Virus record (IMG/VR): IMGVR_UViG_3300012914_000001
Coordinates: 1 to 60,630 of that record
Strand: one strand, 5' to 3'
Length of the DNA stretch: 60,630 nt
Source: a virus
Taxonomy: Duplodnaviria > Caudoviricetes
Shown piece after piece: positions 1 to 8,942 of the stretch. The first letter of the stretch is position 1; every line of letters starts with the position of its first letter. A program made the position numbers and the translations under genes. The notes beneath the pieces are model-generated. The model was not told the DNA's origin, searched no databases, and saw only the letters and a list, made by a program, of their open reading frames with translations.

Positions 1-123
1 GTCGCGCCCGTCGCACCTGCAGGGCCTTGCGGACCGGTCGCGCCTGCAGCGCCCTGCTGCCCCGGCAGGCCGTCGTCGCCGTCAGCGCCGGGCGGGCCCG
101 GTGGGCCTTGCGGACCCGTCGCA
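1..123. repeat. Terminal direct overlap (identical to 60508-60630); contig circularises to 60,507 bp
   Basis: First 123 nt match the last 123 nt base for base, and the collagen ORF stays in frame across the join. Confidence 0.9.
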
Positions 124-1019
124 CCTGCAGCGCCGGCAGCGCCGTCAGCACCGTTCGCACCTGCCGGACCGGTTGCGCCCTGCGACCCCGGCAGGCCGTC
201 GTTTCCGTCAGCGCCGTCGGCACCGGGCGGGCCCGGCACGCCTTGCGGACCCTGCGCGCCCGTCGCACCGTCAGCACCGTCAGCACCGTCAGCACCCGGT
301 GCGCCGTCGGCACCGTCAGCGCCGTCAGCGCCTGCAGGGCCCGCGGGTCCCGTCGCGCCGGCAGGTCCGGGTGCCCCGTCGTTTCCGTCAGCGCCGTCAG
401 CACCGGGCGGGCCCGGCACGCCCTGCGGACCCTGCGCGCCTGTCGCGCCGTCAGCGCCGTCAGCACCCGGTGCGCCGTCGGCGCCATCAGCGCCGTCAGC
501 GCCATCAGCGCCGTCAGCGCCTGCAGGACCTTGCGGACCGGTTGCACCTGCAGGCCCGGGCGCGCCGTCGTTTCCGTCAGCGCCGTCAGCGCCGGGCGGG
601 CCCTGCGCACCCGTTGCACCGGGCGCACCGTCAGCACCGTCAGCACCGTCAGCGCCGGGTGCCCCGTCAGCGCCGTCAGCACCGGGTGCCCCGTCGGCAC
701 CGTCAGCGCCTGCCGGACCCTGCGCACCGGTTGCGCCGGCAGCGCCCGTCGCGCCGGGTGGCCCTGCAGGTCCGGTCGGGCCCGGTGGGCCCTCGTCGCC
801 GGCGCCGTCGACGTGCTCGTTCACCTCGTTCGCGATCGGCTGCCCGAGGGCACGCGCCATTTTCGCGAGCGAGTTTTGCGCGCCCGGCACGTTGCCCGGC
901 GTGTTCGAGGGCTCGGCGTCGTACTCGCCCTCGAGGGCGTCGTACAGCACCTTAGTCAGGCCGGTCCCGGTCGCGCTGCCGTCAGGCGCGATCGTGACGT
1001 CGCCCGGCGTCAGGGCCAC
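1..1019 (-). CDS. Collagen-like tail fibre, N-terminal part (continues across the origin to 59466)
   Basis: Not in the ORF track because it runs off the edge. GTG at 1019 gives VALTPGDVTIAPDG..., then G-X-Y repeats (GPPGPTGPAGPPGATGAAG...GADGADG). 1019+1042 nt = 687 codons, in frame with 59466..60485. Confidence 0.85.
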   Translation of the reverse strand, partial: MALTPGDVTIAPDGSATGTGLTKVLYDALEGEYDAEPSNTPGNVPGAQNSLAKMARALGQPIANEVNEHVDGAGDEGPPGPTGPAGPPGATGAAGATGAQGPAGADGADGAPGADGADGAPGADGADGADGAPGATGAQGPPGADGADGNDGAPGPAGATGPQGPAGADGADGADGADGADGAPGADGADGATGAQGPQGVPGPPGADGADGNDGAPGPAGATGPAGPAGADGADGADGAPGADGADGADGATGAQGPQGVPGPPGADGADGNDGLPGSQGATGPAGANGADGAAGAAGATGPQGPPGPPGADGDDGLPGQQGAAGATGPQGPAGATGA

Positions 1020-1044
1020 GAATGGTTATGGCTTAGCGGGATCG

Positions 1045-1776
1045 TCATGCGGGCGAAACGAACAGCGAGGGACAGGGCGGCGAGATGGGCCCGCCGAGCA
1101 GTGGCACGCCAGCCTCGGCGGCAGCGCCAATATATACGTTACCTTTCAGCATGATCTTAGCTGACTGGATCAGCACCTCGCCGGCTTTCATTCGACCGAA
1201 CGTCGCGTCGTCGACCGACCATGCGATGCCGGGCGCGCCGCCGGCGTTCTCGGTCAGCGTCAGAAACAGGCCGCTCGCGTGAACGAGGCTGATCGACGAA
1301 TTGCCCGGGGTCGGATCGATCGCGATCGTGTGCGCCTTTTGGGGTACGCCGTCCTCGTCGAAATCGTACGGGACGTACCACGTCGCGATGTTCGCGCGCC
1401 GAGCTCCGACCTCGTCTGCCGTCATCGCGTGCGACAGCGTCGCGCCGCCGTACCCGACGAACGCGAGCTGCCCCTCGGCAGGCTGCAGGGCGCGCTGCAG
1501 GCGCATGTCACGCCAGCCGACAGGCGACAGCCCGCCGTCGACGCGCAGCGCGGCAGCCTCGGCGAACAGCGATCCCTCGGGCGGCAGCGGGCGGCCGAGG
1601 ATCCCGAGCGCCGAGTACCCGACTTGCCCCTGCGCCTGCTCGGCGTTCGCGCCGCTGTCGTCGCCGTCGAGGCCACCGAACCCCCCGATCGCCTGAACGC
1701 TGAACGTCACCTCGCCGCCGACGAGCGCGCTGCCGACGACCTTGACGAACGCGGCGACGGCGTCGAGGGCACTCAT
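1045..1776 (-). CDS. Baseplate spike/assembly protein (Mu gp45 / gpV-like)
   Basis: GILGRPLPP...AEAAAL...RDMRL motif resembles Mu gp45; lies downstream of the gp44-like hub. Confidence 0.65.
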   Translation of the reverse strand: MSALDAVAAFVKVVGSALVGGEVTFSVQAIGGFGGLDGDDSGANAEQAQGQVGYSALGILGRPLPPEGSLFAEAAALRVDGGLSPVGWRDMRLQRALQPAEGQLAFVGYGGATLSHAMTADEVGARRANIATWYVPYDFDEDGVPQKAHTIAIDPTPGNSSISLVHASGLFLTLTENAGGAPGIAWSVDDATFGRMKAGEVLIQSAKIMLKGNVYIGAAAEAGVPLLGGPISPPCPSLFVSPA

Positions 1777-2252
1777 TGCGTCGTGGGTCGGCGCCGATTA
1801 CTCGGCAGGGGCGGCGGCGGCGTCAGGCTCGTTACCGGCGTAGGAACCGACTGCATCGGCGGCGGCGTCGCTGATGCGGAAGAAACTCGCGAGCTCGCCG
1901 AGCTCGGTCGCCGTACAGAGATTATCCCTTCGAATGCGTGCAGCAGCTGCATCTGAATCGAGCACAGCTCGAGAGAATGCTGCTTGACCAGAGAGATCCG
2001 CTCGCTCGAATGCTGCTTGACCTGCTCGATACGCTCGGTCGAGTGACGACTGATCTCGGCGTGAAAGGCCGCGTTCAAGCAGCCGTTGCGTTGCCATAGG
2101 AAGAAAGCCAAACCACCGACGATCAGGATGAACAGCGCGCTGACGATCGCCTGCGTCCGCAACGCCTGCACCACGATCTCGTGTTCGAGCATGGTCTGCG
2201 CGACCTGCGCTCGCATCAGTTCCAAACTGCCGGGGTCGATCGTCTGCTGCAT
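1773..2252 (-). CDS. Hypothetical single-TM membrane protein (moron-like, own -10 box)
   Basis: Hydrophobic IVSALFILIVGGLAFFLW segment; TGTTATTAT extended -10 lies 8 nt upstream. Confidence 0.6.
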   Translation of the reverse strand: MQQTIDPGSLELMRAQVAQTMLEHEIVVQALRTQAIVSALFILIVGGLAFFLWQRNGCLNAAFHAEISRHSTERIEQVKQHSSERISLVKQHSLELCSIQMQLLHAFEGIISVRRPSSASSRVSSASATPPPMQSVPTPVTSLTPPPPLPSNRRRPTTQ

Positions 2253-2327
2253 TTGGCCTCATAATAACACCCGTCCCGCGCACTGTCGCATCACCCGCAG
2301 GGGCTGCCGTCGATCCGTGTTGCACAC

Positions 2328-3533
2328 TCATAACTGCCACACACCTTGTCTGACCAGAGTTAGGCGCGTGACGTCGCCGTTTGCGGCGTCGCGCTGCATC
2401 GAGGTTTCCTCGACGTAATAGATTCCGAGGATCCCGCCGAGGGTGTCGTCGAGCACCTCGACGGTCGTGTCGGGCGCCCATGGCACCGGGTCGTTGCCGT
2501 CGCGGAACGACAGGCCGTCGACGGTCACGGTAATCCGGTCGAGGCCGCGGCTGCGCGTGACGAACTCGCGGCAGGCGCGGCGCGTCGCGATCGACTTGCT
2601 CGTCAGGCCCTCGTCGAGCACGGCAGCGCGGCGGGTGAACCCGCGGTCGATCAGTGCTTGGTTTCGGACGACCGAGCTGACACTCGCCCGGGCAAACCCG
2701 GCCTTGCCACCCATGCCGAACACACCCATTTCGGTCGGCGCCTCGCTGACGTCCTGATCGCGCTCGATCGAAAGGACGTTGTTAAACTGCCCGGCGCCCG
2801 GGTCGACGCCCCGGATGCTGCGCAGCTGCCCGAGGGCGTCCTGCATATCGTTCGGCGCGGCGACGACGATTTTCCCGTCGGGCCCATCCCAATGCAGCAG
2901 GCCGTGCCGGCGCAGGTGTCGGTCAGCCGCGTCGAACACCGACTCGGGCGGCTGCACTTTGCAGTTTTCCTCGGTTTCCTCGAGCGCCTCGAACCCCTGC
3001 GGCGGGTCGGCGAGCAGCCTGCCGTCGACGCCCCGGCGCCGGTTGAAAGCGTTCGGGCCTTTCGTGATGCGGCCCGTCATGACGTCGCGGGACACGTCGC
3101 CGCGAAAGTCGAAATCCGCCTCGGTCAGCCCGATGTCTTTGTACAGCGCGAGCAGGAACTCGCGAACCGTGCGCCCCTGCAGCCGGACGTTCTGCGGCGC
3201 CGACGAGTAGAACGCATCGGACAGTTTCGTGCGGATCGTGAACCGCTGCGTCGCACTTTGCTGCGCGTCGTTGATGCTGTTCAGGGACTCGATGCGCCCG
3301 GTCAGCCGCAGCCGGTCATCGACGAACACGCGAAACTCGCTGCCGAGGTCGACGAGCTCGACGAGCCGATCCCATCCGGTCTGATCGCCGAGCTCGAACG
3401 AGGCCTCGGCCGGGCGCAGGATCGTCGAGGACAGGGCGAACGTCGTCCAGTCCTCGAAATTAAAGTCGATGTGTGACGAGCCGGGGGTGCCGTACGCCTC
3501 GACCGTGACCGTGTCGAACAGGCCGTCAGCCAT
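2328..3533 (-). CDS. Baseplate hub / tail protein (Mu gp44, gpP-like)
   Basis: ESVFDAADRHLRRHGLLHWDGPDGKIVV and WAPDTTVEVLDD motifs; follows gpN-like gene. Confidence 0.8.
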   Translation of the reverse strand: MADGLFDTVTVEAYGTPGSSHIDFNFEDWTTFALSSTILRPAEASFELGDQTGWDRLVELVDLGSEFRVFVDDRLRLTGRIESLNSINDAQQSATQRFTIRTKLSDAFYSSAPQNVRLQGRTVREFLLALYKDIGLTEADFDFRGDVSRDVMTGRITKGPNAFNRRRGVDGRLLADPPQGFEALEETEENCKVQPPESVFDAADRHLRRHGLLHWDGPDGKIVVAAPNDMQDALGQLRSIRGVDPGAGQFNNVLSIERDQDVSEAPTEMGVFGMGGKAGFARASVSSVVRNQALIDRGFTRRAAVLDEGLTSKSIATRRACREFVTRSRGLDRITVTVDGLSFRDGNDPVPWAPDTTVEVLDDTLGGILGIYYVEETSMQRDAANGDVTRLTLVRQGVWQL

Positions 3534-3717
3534 GGCTACCCCACTGCGGGCGCGTCGTCGCGGGCAGCTGTCGCCGACAACGCGTCACGACGAGGTCAAC
3601 GGGATCGGCCTCGTCGGTCGAGCCGTCGTGCGCGATGACCCGCTCGACGCGCGCCTCGGCGCCGTCGCTATCTGCGTCGAGCAACCACTGTGCGTCGGGC
3701 ACGTCGAGCTCAGCCAT
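3526..3717 (-). CDS. Hypothetical protein
   Basis: 63-aa ORF packed between neighbours. Confidence 0.45.
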   Translation of the reverse strand: MAELDVPDAQWLLDADSDGAEARVERVIAHDGSTDEADPVDLVVTRCRRQLPATTRPQWGSHG

Positions 3718-3913
3718 TCTCTGTGCCCTGCAATCGCTGCGCCGGTTCGCTCGGTCCGCTCGGTCCGGGCAGTCCCACCGGGCAGGGCGAGCAGGCGCAG
3801 CCCGGGCCGTGGTGCTCGTCGCCGCAGCTCGGGCAGCCGCGGCAGACGCGACAGGCGCCGCGGTTCTCGCCGAGGACGACGTGACAGCGCGCGCAGCTGC
3901 GCGGGACGATCAT
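3710..3913 (-). CDS. Small Cys-rich hypothetical protein
   Basis: Multiple CxxC; ATGA coupling with the upstream gene. Confidence 0.5.
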   Translation of the reverse strand: MIVPRSCARCHVVLGENRGACRVCRGCPSCGDEHHGPGCACSPCPVGLPGPSGPSEPAQRLQGTENG

Positions 3914-4917
3914 GCCCGCCCCCTGGTGTCGAACACGCGCACGACGTCGCCCTCCTCGAGATAGAACGGGTCGGGCACGCGCTCGCCGTTCAGGTCGAGC
4001 AGGTCCTGCGGGTCCTGTTTCAGGCGCGCCGCGAGCGCGAACAGCGAGGTGACCGCGACGTCGACGACGAACGTTTTGACTCGGGCCCGGCTCGAAAACT
4101 TTTCGTCGGCTGACCCCGCGACGGTGTCCTCGAGCCGGATCGTGTTTCGGTGGAACTCGCTGCCGCGGGGTTCCTCGGTTCCGCCGATGCCGAGGTCGTC
4201 GGCGAGCTGCCGCTGCGTCTGCCGCATGCGCTGCAGTGTCCAGCGGAACGAGCGCGCGTCGGCCTCGAGATCTGCGACGGTTCGCCCCGGCGCGAGCAGT
4301 AGTGACTCGAGGTCGGTGCCCCGCTGCTTTAGCGTGAACACGTCGTCGTCGGCGACGCCGCCCTCGCGCTGCACGCTGAACACCGTCTGCGCCGCTGCCT
4401 TGGCGACGGTCGCGCGAGCGCTCGGCAGGGCGAACGAGGCACTCGCGAGGCTTTCCTCGTTATCCTCGACGAACGACAGCTGCACGATCGCCTGATCGCG
4501 CTCGGCCGTGTTCTCGATGCGCTTGCCCCGCTCGAGCCGGGCCCGGACCGAGCCGACCGTCGGCAGCGTCAGGGTGCCCGTCTGCTGCGTCCCGAGTGAC
4601 GCGACGAGCTCGCGCAACATGAACGGATACAGCTGCCGCGGGTTCTGCTCGAGGCCTCGCTCGCGGATCGAGTTATTGAAAATGGCCGTCAGCTGAAACT
4701 CGCGCTCGGTTTCGCCGGTGCTGTCGAGCTTGGCGCCGCGTCGACCGGCGCGCGCATGCCGGATTATCCGGATGCCGAAATCTTCCGACAGCTCGCCGAG
4801 CAGCGGGAACCGCACGACCGGCGAGTCGCCGACCTGCCATGACGCGATCGGGTAGTTCTCGAACAGGTACTGCCGACCCTGCCCCGGCGTGTCGCGAGGA
4901 TTGAACGCGGCGACCAT
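3910..4917 (-). CDS. DNA circularization / tail-tube initiator protein (Mu gpN-like) with C-terminal LysM-like motif
   Basis: ASWQ..RFP..LDSTG..REF..GTLTLPTVG N-domain; SLFALAARL..LLDLN..PDPFYLEEGDVVRV C-terminus; directly after tape measure. Confidence 0.75.
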   Translation of the reverse strand: MVAAFNPRDTPGQGRQYLFENYPIASWQVGDSPVVRFPLLGELSEDFGIRIIRHARAGRRGAKLDSTGETEREFQLTAIFNNSIRERGLEQNPRQLYPFMLRELVASLGTQQTGTLTLPTVGSVRARLERGKRIENTAERDQAIVQLSFVEDNEESLASASFALPSARATVAKAAAQTVFSVQREGGVADDDVFTLKQRGTDLESLLLAPGRTVADLEADARSFRWTLQRMRQTQRQLADDLGIGGTEEPRGSEFHRNTIRLEDTVAGSADEKFSSRARVKTFVVDVAVTSLFALAARLKQDPQDLLDLNGERVPDPFYLEEGDVVRVFDTRGRA

Positions 4918-7092
4918 TTAGAACCCACCCCCGGGCGCCTGCGCCGCAGGGCGCTTGACGCCGCGACTGCCGCCCGGCCCTGCCCTGCCCGCAGGGGCGC
5001 CGTTCTGCGGCATGTTCACGACCTGCACGCGCTGCGGCTCGCCGGATTTCATCCGGTCGGCGACGGCCTGCCCGACCGCCTTGCCGTCGATGCCCTTGCC
5101 CGCGGCGGGTGTGCCCGCGGTCGCCGGCGTGCTGCTGCTCGACTCGAGCTGCGCGATCAGTGCTTCCTTTTCCTGCAACACCTTTTCCATATCGGCGATC
5201 TGCTTGTTCTGAATCGCCTGCAGGTTCGGGCCCTGATCGTTGCGGACGCCGGTCGGATTGCCCATCGCGTCGACCTCGCCGCCGCCGCCGGCCGCGAACA
5301 GCCCGAGCGTGTTCATCATGAAACCGCCGCTTTCCTCGCGCGCCTTGGCGAGCGCTGCGCGCAGCTTGGCGGCCTCGGCCTTATGTTTCGACAGCGGCCC
5401 GGACCTGCTCGCCGCGGCGGCGCCGCTCGTCGACAGGTCATTCATGGCGTCGTTGCGCCCGCCGAACGCGTTATCGATCTGCTCTTTTCCGAGCTCATAC
5501 GCGAACGCCGCCGCCGCGCCGACCATGGCGAGCCGCAGCGCGGTCGCGAGCTTGCTCGCGCCTTTCTTCCCGCCGTCCTCGATTTCGTCCTCGATCGTGT
5601 TGCCGAGCATTTGCGCCTCGGTCAGGCCCTCGCCGAGGAACTGCTGATGCCGCTCGACGGTGCTGCCGCGGCGCTTGCCGCCGCCGCCCTTGCCACCCCC
5701 GCCGCCGCCACCCCCGCCGCCACCCCCGCCGGTGAACGCCTCGGTTATGGCAGCCGTGACCGCGCCCTCGAGGAACCCCGCCCCTGCCTTGCCACCGACG
5801 CCGATCGCGCCCGCGAGCAGCGGATTTTTAACGATGAACTTGGCGAGTTTCCCGATGCCCTCGGCGAGCTGCGGCAGGTATTTGGACAGGTCCTCGATCG
5901 CGTCGATGATTTTGGGATCGCCGGCGGCCCGCTGCAGGGTGTCGAGGGCGGCCTCGAGACGACGCTCGGGATCGTTGCGGCGCTTGTTCGCCTCGGCGAC
6001 GAGGTCGGCGCCCTTGCTCGCCGTCTGCCCGAACTCGTCGATGTGGCTTTCGAGGTCCTCGAGCGCCTTATCGTTTGCGGCCTTGCCTTTCAGGCCCGCG
6101 TCCTGCGCGCGTTTCAGGGCCGCCTCGAACGGGTCGAGGAACAGGACCTTTAGCGCCTTGCGTTCCTCGGCCTCGCCCATCGAGGCTTTCAGTCCGTCGA
6201 CGCCGCGCTGCCCGAGGGCGAGCACCCGTTTCAGGCGCCCGATCAGATCCTTTTCATTCAGCAGTTTTTTCGGGTCGATGTGCAGCGCCTTGGCGAGCGA
6301 CTTGATCTGGTTGGTATCGCCGAGCGACAGAAGGATCTGTTTGATGCCTTTCACCTGCTTGCCGATGTCGCCGAGCGGGTCCTCGGTCGCCGCGAGGGCG
6401 CCGATCATGAAATCGATCCCGCGCTTGCCGTTCAGGCCCGCGTGCCCGAGCTCGGCGCCGAGCTGCCCGACGACGCCGGCGAACTCTTCCATCGAGTTAC
6501 CGCCCTGCTCGAGCTCGTGCAGCGAGGCGAACAGGTCGCCCATCTCTGATGCGGCCATGCCGAATTTCGTGTGCAGCTGATCGGCGAGGCCGGCGAGGGT
6601 GCCGACGTCCTTTCCCGTCGCCGTCGCAGCGACGCCGATCGTCTCGAGCATATCGGCTGTGAACTTGACGTCGCCGGTCGCTTGGAACAGCTCGCCGAAC
6701 GTGTCGACCATTTCAGCCGTGCGGCGCCCGGTCTTAATCGCCGTCTGCTCGGCGAGCCGCTGAATGTCTGCCGCTTTCGAATATTCTTTCGACACGCGGC
6801 TGACGTTGAACGCGAGCTGCTTGTATTTGCTGTCGAGCTCGACGGCGCCTTTCACGGCGCCGGCAACCGACAGCCCGCCGAGCAGCCCGGACACCATGCC
6901 GAGCGAGGTGCGCGCCGTCGACCCGAGCGACTGCAGGTTCGACGTCGCTTTTTTGACGCCCGCCCCGAACACCTGCATCGCCTTTTCCGAGCGCTGCGCA
7001 GACCGCACGGCGGCGTCGCCCGACTTGGCCATGGCAGAGACGAACTGCCCGTCATCAAGCGTTAGCTTGATTGCCGCTTCACGTTCCGCCAT
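4918..7092 (-). CDS. Tail tape measure protein
   Basis: 724 aa, Ala/Gly-rich and helical, IKLTLDDGQF N-terminus; follows tube and chaperone genes. Confidence 0.85.
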   Translation of the reverse strand: MAEREAAIKLTLDDGQFVSAMAKSGDAAVRSAQRSEKAMQVFGAGVKKATSNLQSLGSTARTSLGMVSGLLGGLSVAGAVKGAVELDSKYKQLAFNVSRVSKEYSKAADIQRLAEQTAIKTGRRTAEMVDTFGELFQATGDVKFTADMLETIGVAATATGKDVGTLAGLADQLHTKFGMAASEMGDLFASLHELEQGGNSMEEFAGVVGQLGAELGHAGLNGKRGIDFMIGALAATEDPLGDIGKQVKGIKQILLSLGDTNQIKSLAKALHIDPKKLLNEKDLIGRLKRVLALGQRGVDGLKASMGEAEERKALKVLFLDPFEAALKRAQDAGLKGKAANDKALEDLESHIDEFGQTASKGADLVAEANKRRNDPERRLEAALDTLQRAAGDPKIIDAIEDLSKYLPQLAEGIGKLAKFIVKNPLLAGAIGVGGKAGAGFLEGAVTAAITEAFTGGGGGGGGGGGGGKGGGGKRRGSTVERHQQFLGEGLTEAQMLGNTIEDEIEDGGKKGASKLATALRLAMVGAAAAFAYELGKEQIDNAFGGRNDAMNDLSTSGAAAASRSGPLSKHKAEAAKLRAALAKAREESGGFMMNTLGLFAAGGGGEVDAMGNPTGVRNDQGPNLQAIQNKQIADMEKVLQEKEALIAQLESSSSTPATAGTPAAGKGIDGKAVGQAVADRMKSGEPQRVQVVNMPQNGAPAGRAGPGGSRGVKRPAAQAPGGGF

Positions 7093-7181
7093 GCGAGCAC
7101 AGTGTACCGGGCATTGCGCCGTTCGGCACTACTTGCCGTAATCGGCCGGCAGTCGCAGCAGCGCCCGCAGCTGCTCGACCG

Positions 7182-7790
7182 TCAGCTCGCCGGTGTCGAT
7201 GTCCCTGACGACCGCGCAAACGAGGGTGCGTTCGGCGAGCAGCATGCTTCCCGCGCCATAAGCAGAATGCAACTTGCCTGCTCGAAACCAGGCATACCGG
7301 CTAAAAAACTGATGTCGCTCCGTTGTTTGATCCGGGCGATGACCTGCCACATTTTCTCGCCGTCCCAATTGCCGAACGACGGGTGCTGCATCCGAACCCA
7401 TGCGTCATAGCGACCCCACAGCTCGTCAATGCTCGACGGCTCGTAATCCTGCCACAGCGTGTCGGCGTCGGGCACGTGTTGCGTGTGGCAGTCGGTGTCG
7501 CGGATAGCGACCGCGAGAATGCAATAATTCTCGTACATATCGACGAGGTCGCTGTCGCGGTCGAGGTCGAGGCTGCGTTTCGCTGCCCATGCTCGGGCCT
7601 CGACGCGAGCTTTCACCTTGACGACGTTCGACACGACGCGCAGTCGCACCGGCGTTTCGTCGACGCCGCCGGTCACGTTGCGTCGTTTGATCGACGCCGG
7701 CAGGTGCAGGATGCCGTCGCGTTCCTCGACGCCTATCTGATCCCAATTTTCGAGCACGAGCGATACCGCCCGTTCGACGTCGTCTGACAT
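7182..7790 (-). CDS. Tail assembly chaperone (G); a -1 frameshift would give a GT form ending at 7129
   Basis: Position between tube and tape measure; in-phase T TTT TTA heptamer at 7308-7302. Confidence 0.7.
   Translation of the reverse strand: MSDDVERAVSLVLENWDQIGVEERDGILHLPASIKRRNVTGGVDETPVRLRVVSNVVKVKARVEARAWAAKRSLDLDRDSDLVDMYENYCILAVAIRDTDCHTQHVPDADTLWQDYEPSSIDELWGRYDAWVRMQHPSFGNWDGEKMWQVIARIKQRSDISFLAGMPGFEQASCILLMAREACCSPNAPSFARSSGTSTPAS
7302..7308 (-). other. Putative -1 programmed ribosomal frameshift site TTTTTTA
   Basis: AGT TTT TTA in the chaperone frame; the -1 frame is open to TAG at 7129 (...GELTVEQLRALLRLPADYGK). Confidence 0.6.
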
Positions 7791-7817
7791 GTTCCGTGTG
7801 CCTCCGGATGGTTATGC

Positions 7818-7860
7818 GTCCCACCCCCGGGCGCCCGAGGGTGGGACTGTCTTTTGTGTG
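7818..7860. terminator. Strong hairpin with T-tract on the + strand (GTCCCACCC...GGGTGGGAC TGTCTTTTGTGTG)
   Basis: 14-bp arms with one mismatch (G-U on the minus strand); active strand is ambiguous. Confidence 0.45.
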
Positions 7861-7920
7861 ACTGACGGGGGGTTCACGCCGTGACGCCCGGGCGAGCCGC
7901 TCGCGCAGCTGACCCCCGCT

Positions 7921-8178
7921 CTAATGTTTGGGGTCGCCCATGGAAGGCGACGACGCCGGCGGCGACGAGGGCGGCTGCGGGTCGGGCAGAGACTCGATGT
8001 AGGCTCGCACGCTGCAGTCCTTCGCCTCGAGCACCTTGCGCAACGCGGCGCGGGTTTCGTCGTTCTCGGGCAGCTCGCGGGCGATCCAGTGCGCGAGGTC
8101 CGCGAATGGCTTGCTCGCATGCTGCAGGTCAGGACGCAGGTGCGCCCATCGAAAGTGACGCAGGATCGCGTGCGCCAC
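7921..8178 (-). CDS. Acb2/Tad1-like helical hairpin protein (putative anti-defence)
   Basis: ILRHFRWAHLRPDLQHASKPFADLA..LPENDETRAALRKVLEAKDCSVRA, a widespread phage family with the P-x-E-x-x-AL-x-K-L-E-A hairpin motif. Confidence 0.5.
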   Translation of the reverse strand: MAHAILRHFRWAHLRPDLQHASKPFADLAHWIARELPENDETRAALRKVLEAKDCSVRAYIESLPDPQPPSSPPASSPSMGDPKH

Positions 8179-8430
8179 TTACCCGACGCTCCGCAGTCCC
8201 GAGCTCGGGACGTCGCCGGCAGCTCTCGGCGACGCGGGCGGGAACCGCTTGGCGTGTGCGACGGACAGGGCCTCGGCGTCGCCCCGTCGCAGGCCGTCGC
8301 GCACGAGCGTCAGCTGCTCGTTCAGCCATGCGAGCGGCGAGTGCAGCGCTGCGCCGAGGCGCCGCCCGACCTTGAACGCGCGCCGGTGCTCGCCCCGGAT
8401 CTGACTCCACTCGCTGTCTGCTGCTCGCAT
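8179..8430 (-). CDS. Hypothetical protein
   Basis: 83-aa ORF with GAGGG upstream; abuts the next gene. Confidence 0.55.
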   Translation of the reverse strand: MRAADSEWSQIRGEHRRAFKVGRRLGAALHSPLAWLNEQLTLVRDGLRRGDAEALSVAHAKRFPPASPRAAGDVPSSGLRSVG

Positions 8431-8449
8431 GCTGCCCTCGGGTTCAGCG

Positions 8450-8496
8450 AACGCCTCGACGGTTACCGTGCGGTCGGGACCGCCCGTCGAGGCGTT
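8450..8496 (-). terminator. Hairpin after the tail tube gene
   Basis: Perfect 13-bp stem AACGCCTCGACGG/CCGTCGAGGCGTT with a nested GCGGTC/GACCGC stem; no U-tract. Confidence 0.45.
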
Positions 8497-8509
8497 GCCG
8501 GCGGTCAGC

Positions 8510-8905
8510 TTACGCGGCGGCGCGCTGCTTTTCCAGCTTGCCGACGAACTCGCATGACCCCTTAGTCGCGTCGTCGATCGAGCCGTCGAGCTTCACATTC
8601 GTATAAATCCCGTTCAGCGTCAGCACCTTGCCGCCCGGGAACTTGGCGCGCAGCTGCACGATCTTGCCGTCCTGCACGTCCTTTATGTAATTGCGCTCGA
8701 ACCCTCGCTCGCCGACGACGAAATTGAACGACACCGTCGACTCGCGCACGCCGAGGGTCACGCCGGCGCCGTCCTCGCGCAGCGTGTGCACCTGCTTGCC
8801 GTTGTTCGTCGTCGTCACGCTGAAGTCGGTAACCCTGACGAGGTCGCCGTTACCCTGCGCGAGGAACGCTTTCGCGAACAGTTCCTGCTCTGTACCGTCT
8901 GCCAT
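8510..8905 (-). CDS. Tail tube protein
   Basis: 131 aa, beta-rich, immediately downstream of the sheath; GGAG SD. Confidence 0.8.
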   Translation of the reverse strand: MADGTEQELFAKAFLAQGNGDLVRVTDFSVTTTNNGKQVHTLREDGAGVTLGVRESTVSFNFVVGERGFERNYIKDVQDGKIVQLRAKFPGGKVLTLNGIYTNVKLDGSIDDATKGSCEFVGKLEKQRAAA

Positions 8906-8942
8906 TTTCGATGACTCCTAACGCGGCGTTGCGGCCGAGCCT

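Noticed and set aside
1-123. 123-bp terminal repeat as a biological direct terminal repeat
   Set aside because: It falls mid-gene in the collagen repeat, far from the terminase genes; it is best explained as assembler circular overlap. A collapsed repeat cannot be excluded.
1010-1048. ATG at 1048 (ATGA overlap) as the fibre start
   Set aside because: That frame stops after 12 codons; GTG at 1019 opens the collagen frame
27-1154. + strand ORFs 27..1154 and 101..955
   Set aside because: Antisense shadows of the collagen G-X-Y repeat on the minus strand
5672-5730. (CCG)n-type tract in the tape measure gene
   Set aside because: Encodes a poly-Gly linker; ordinary low complexity
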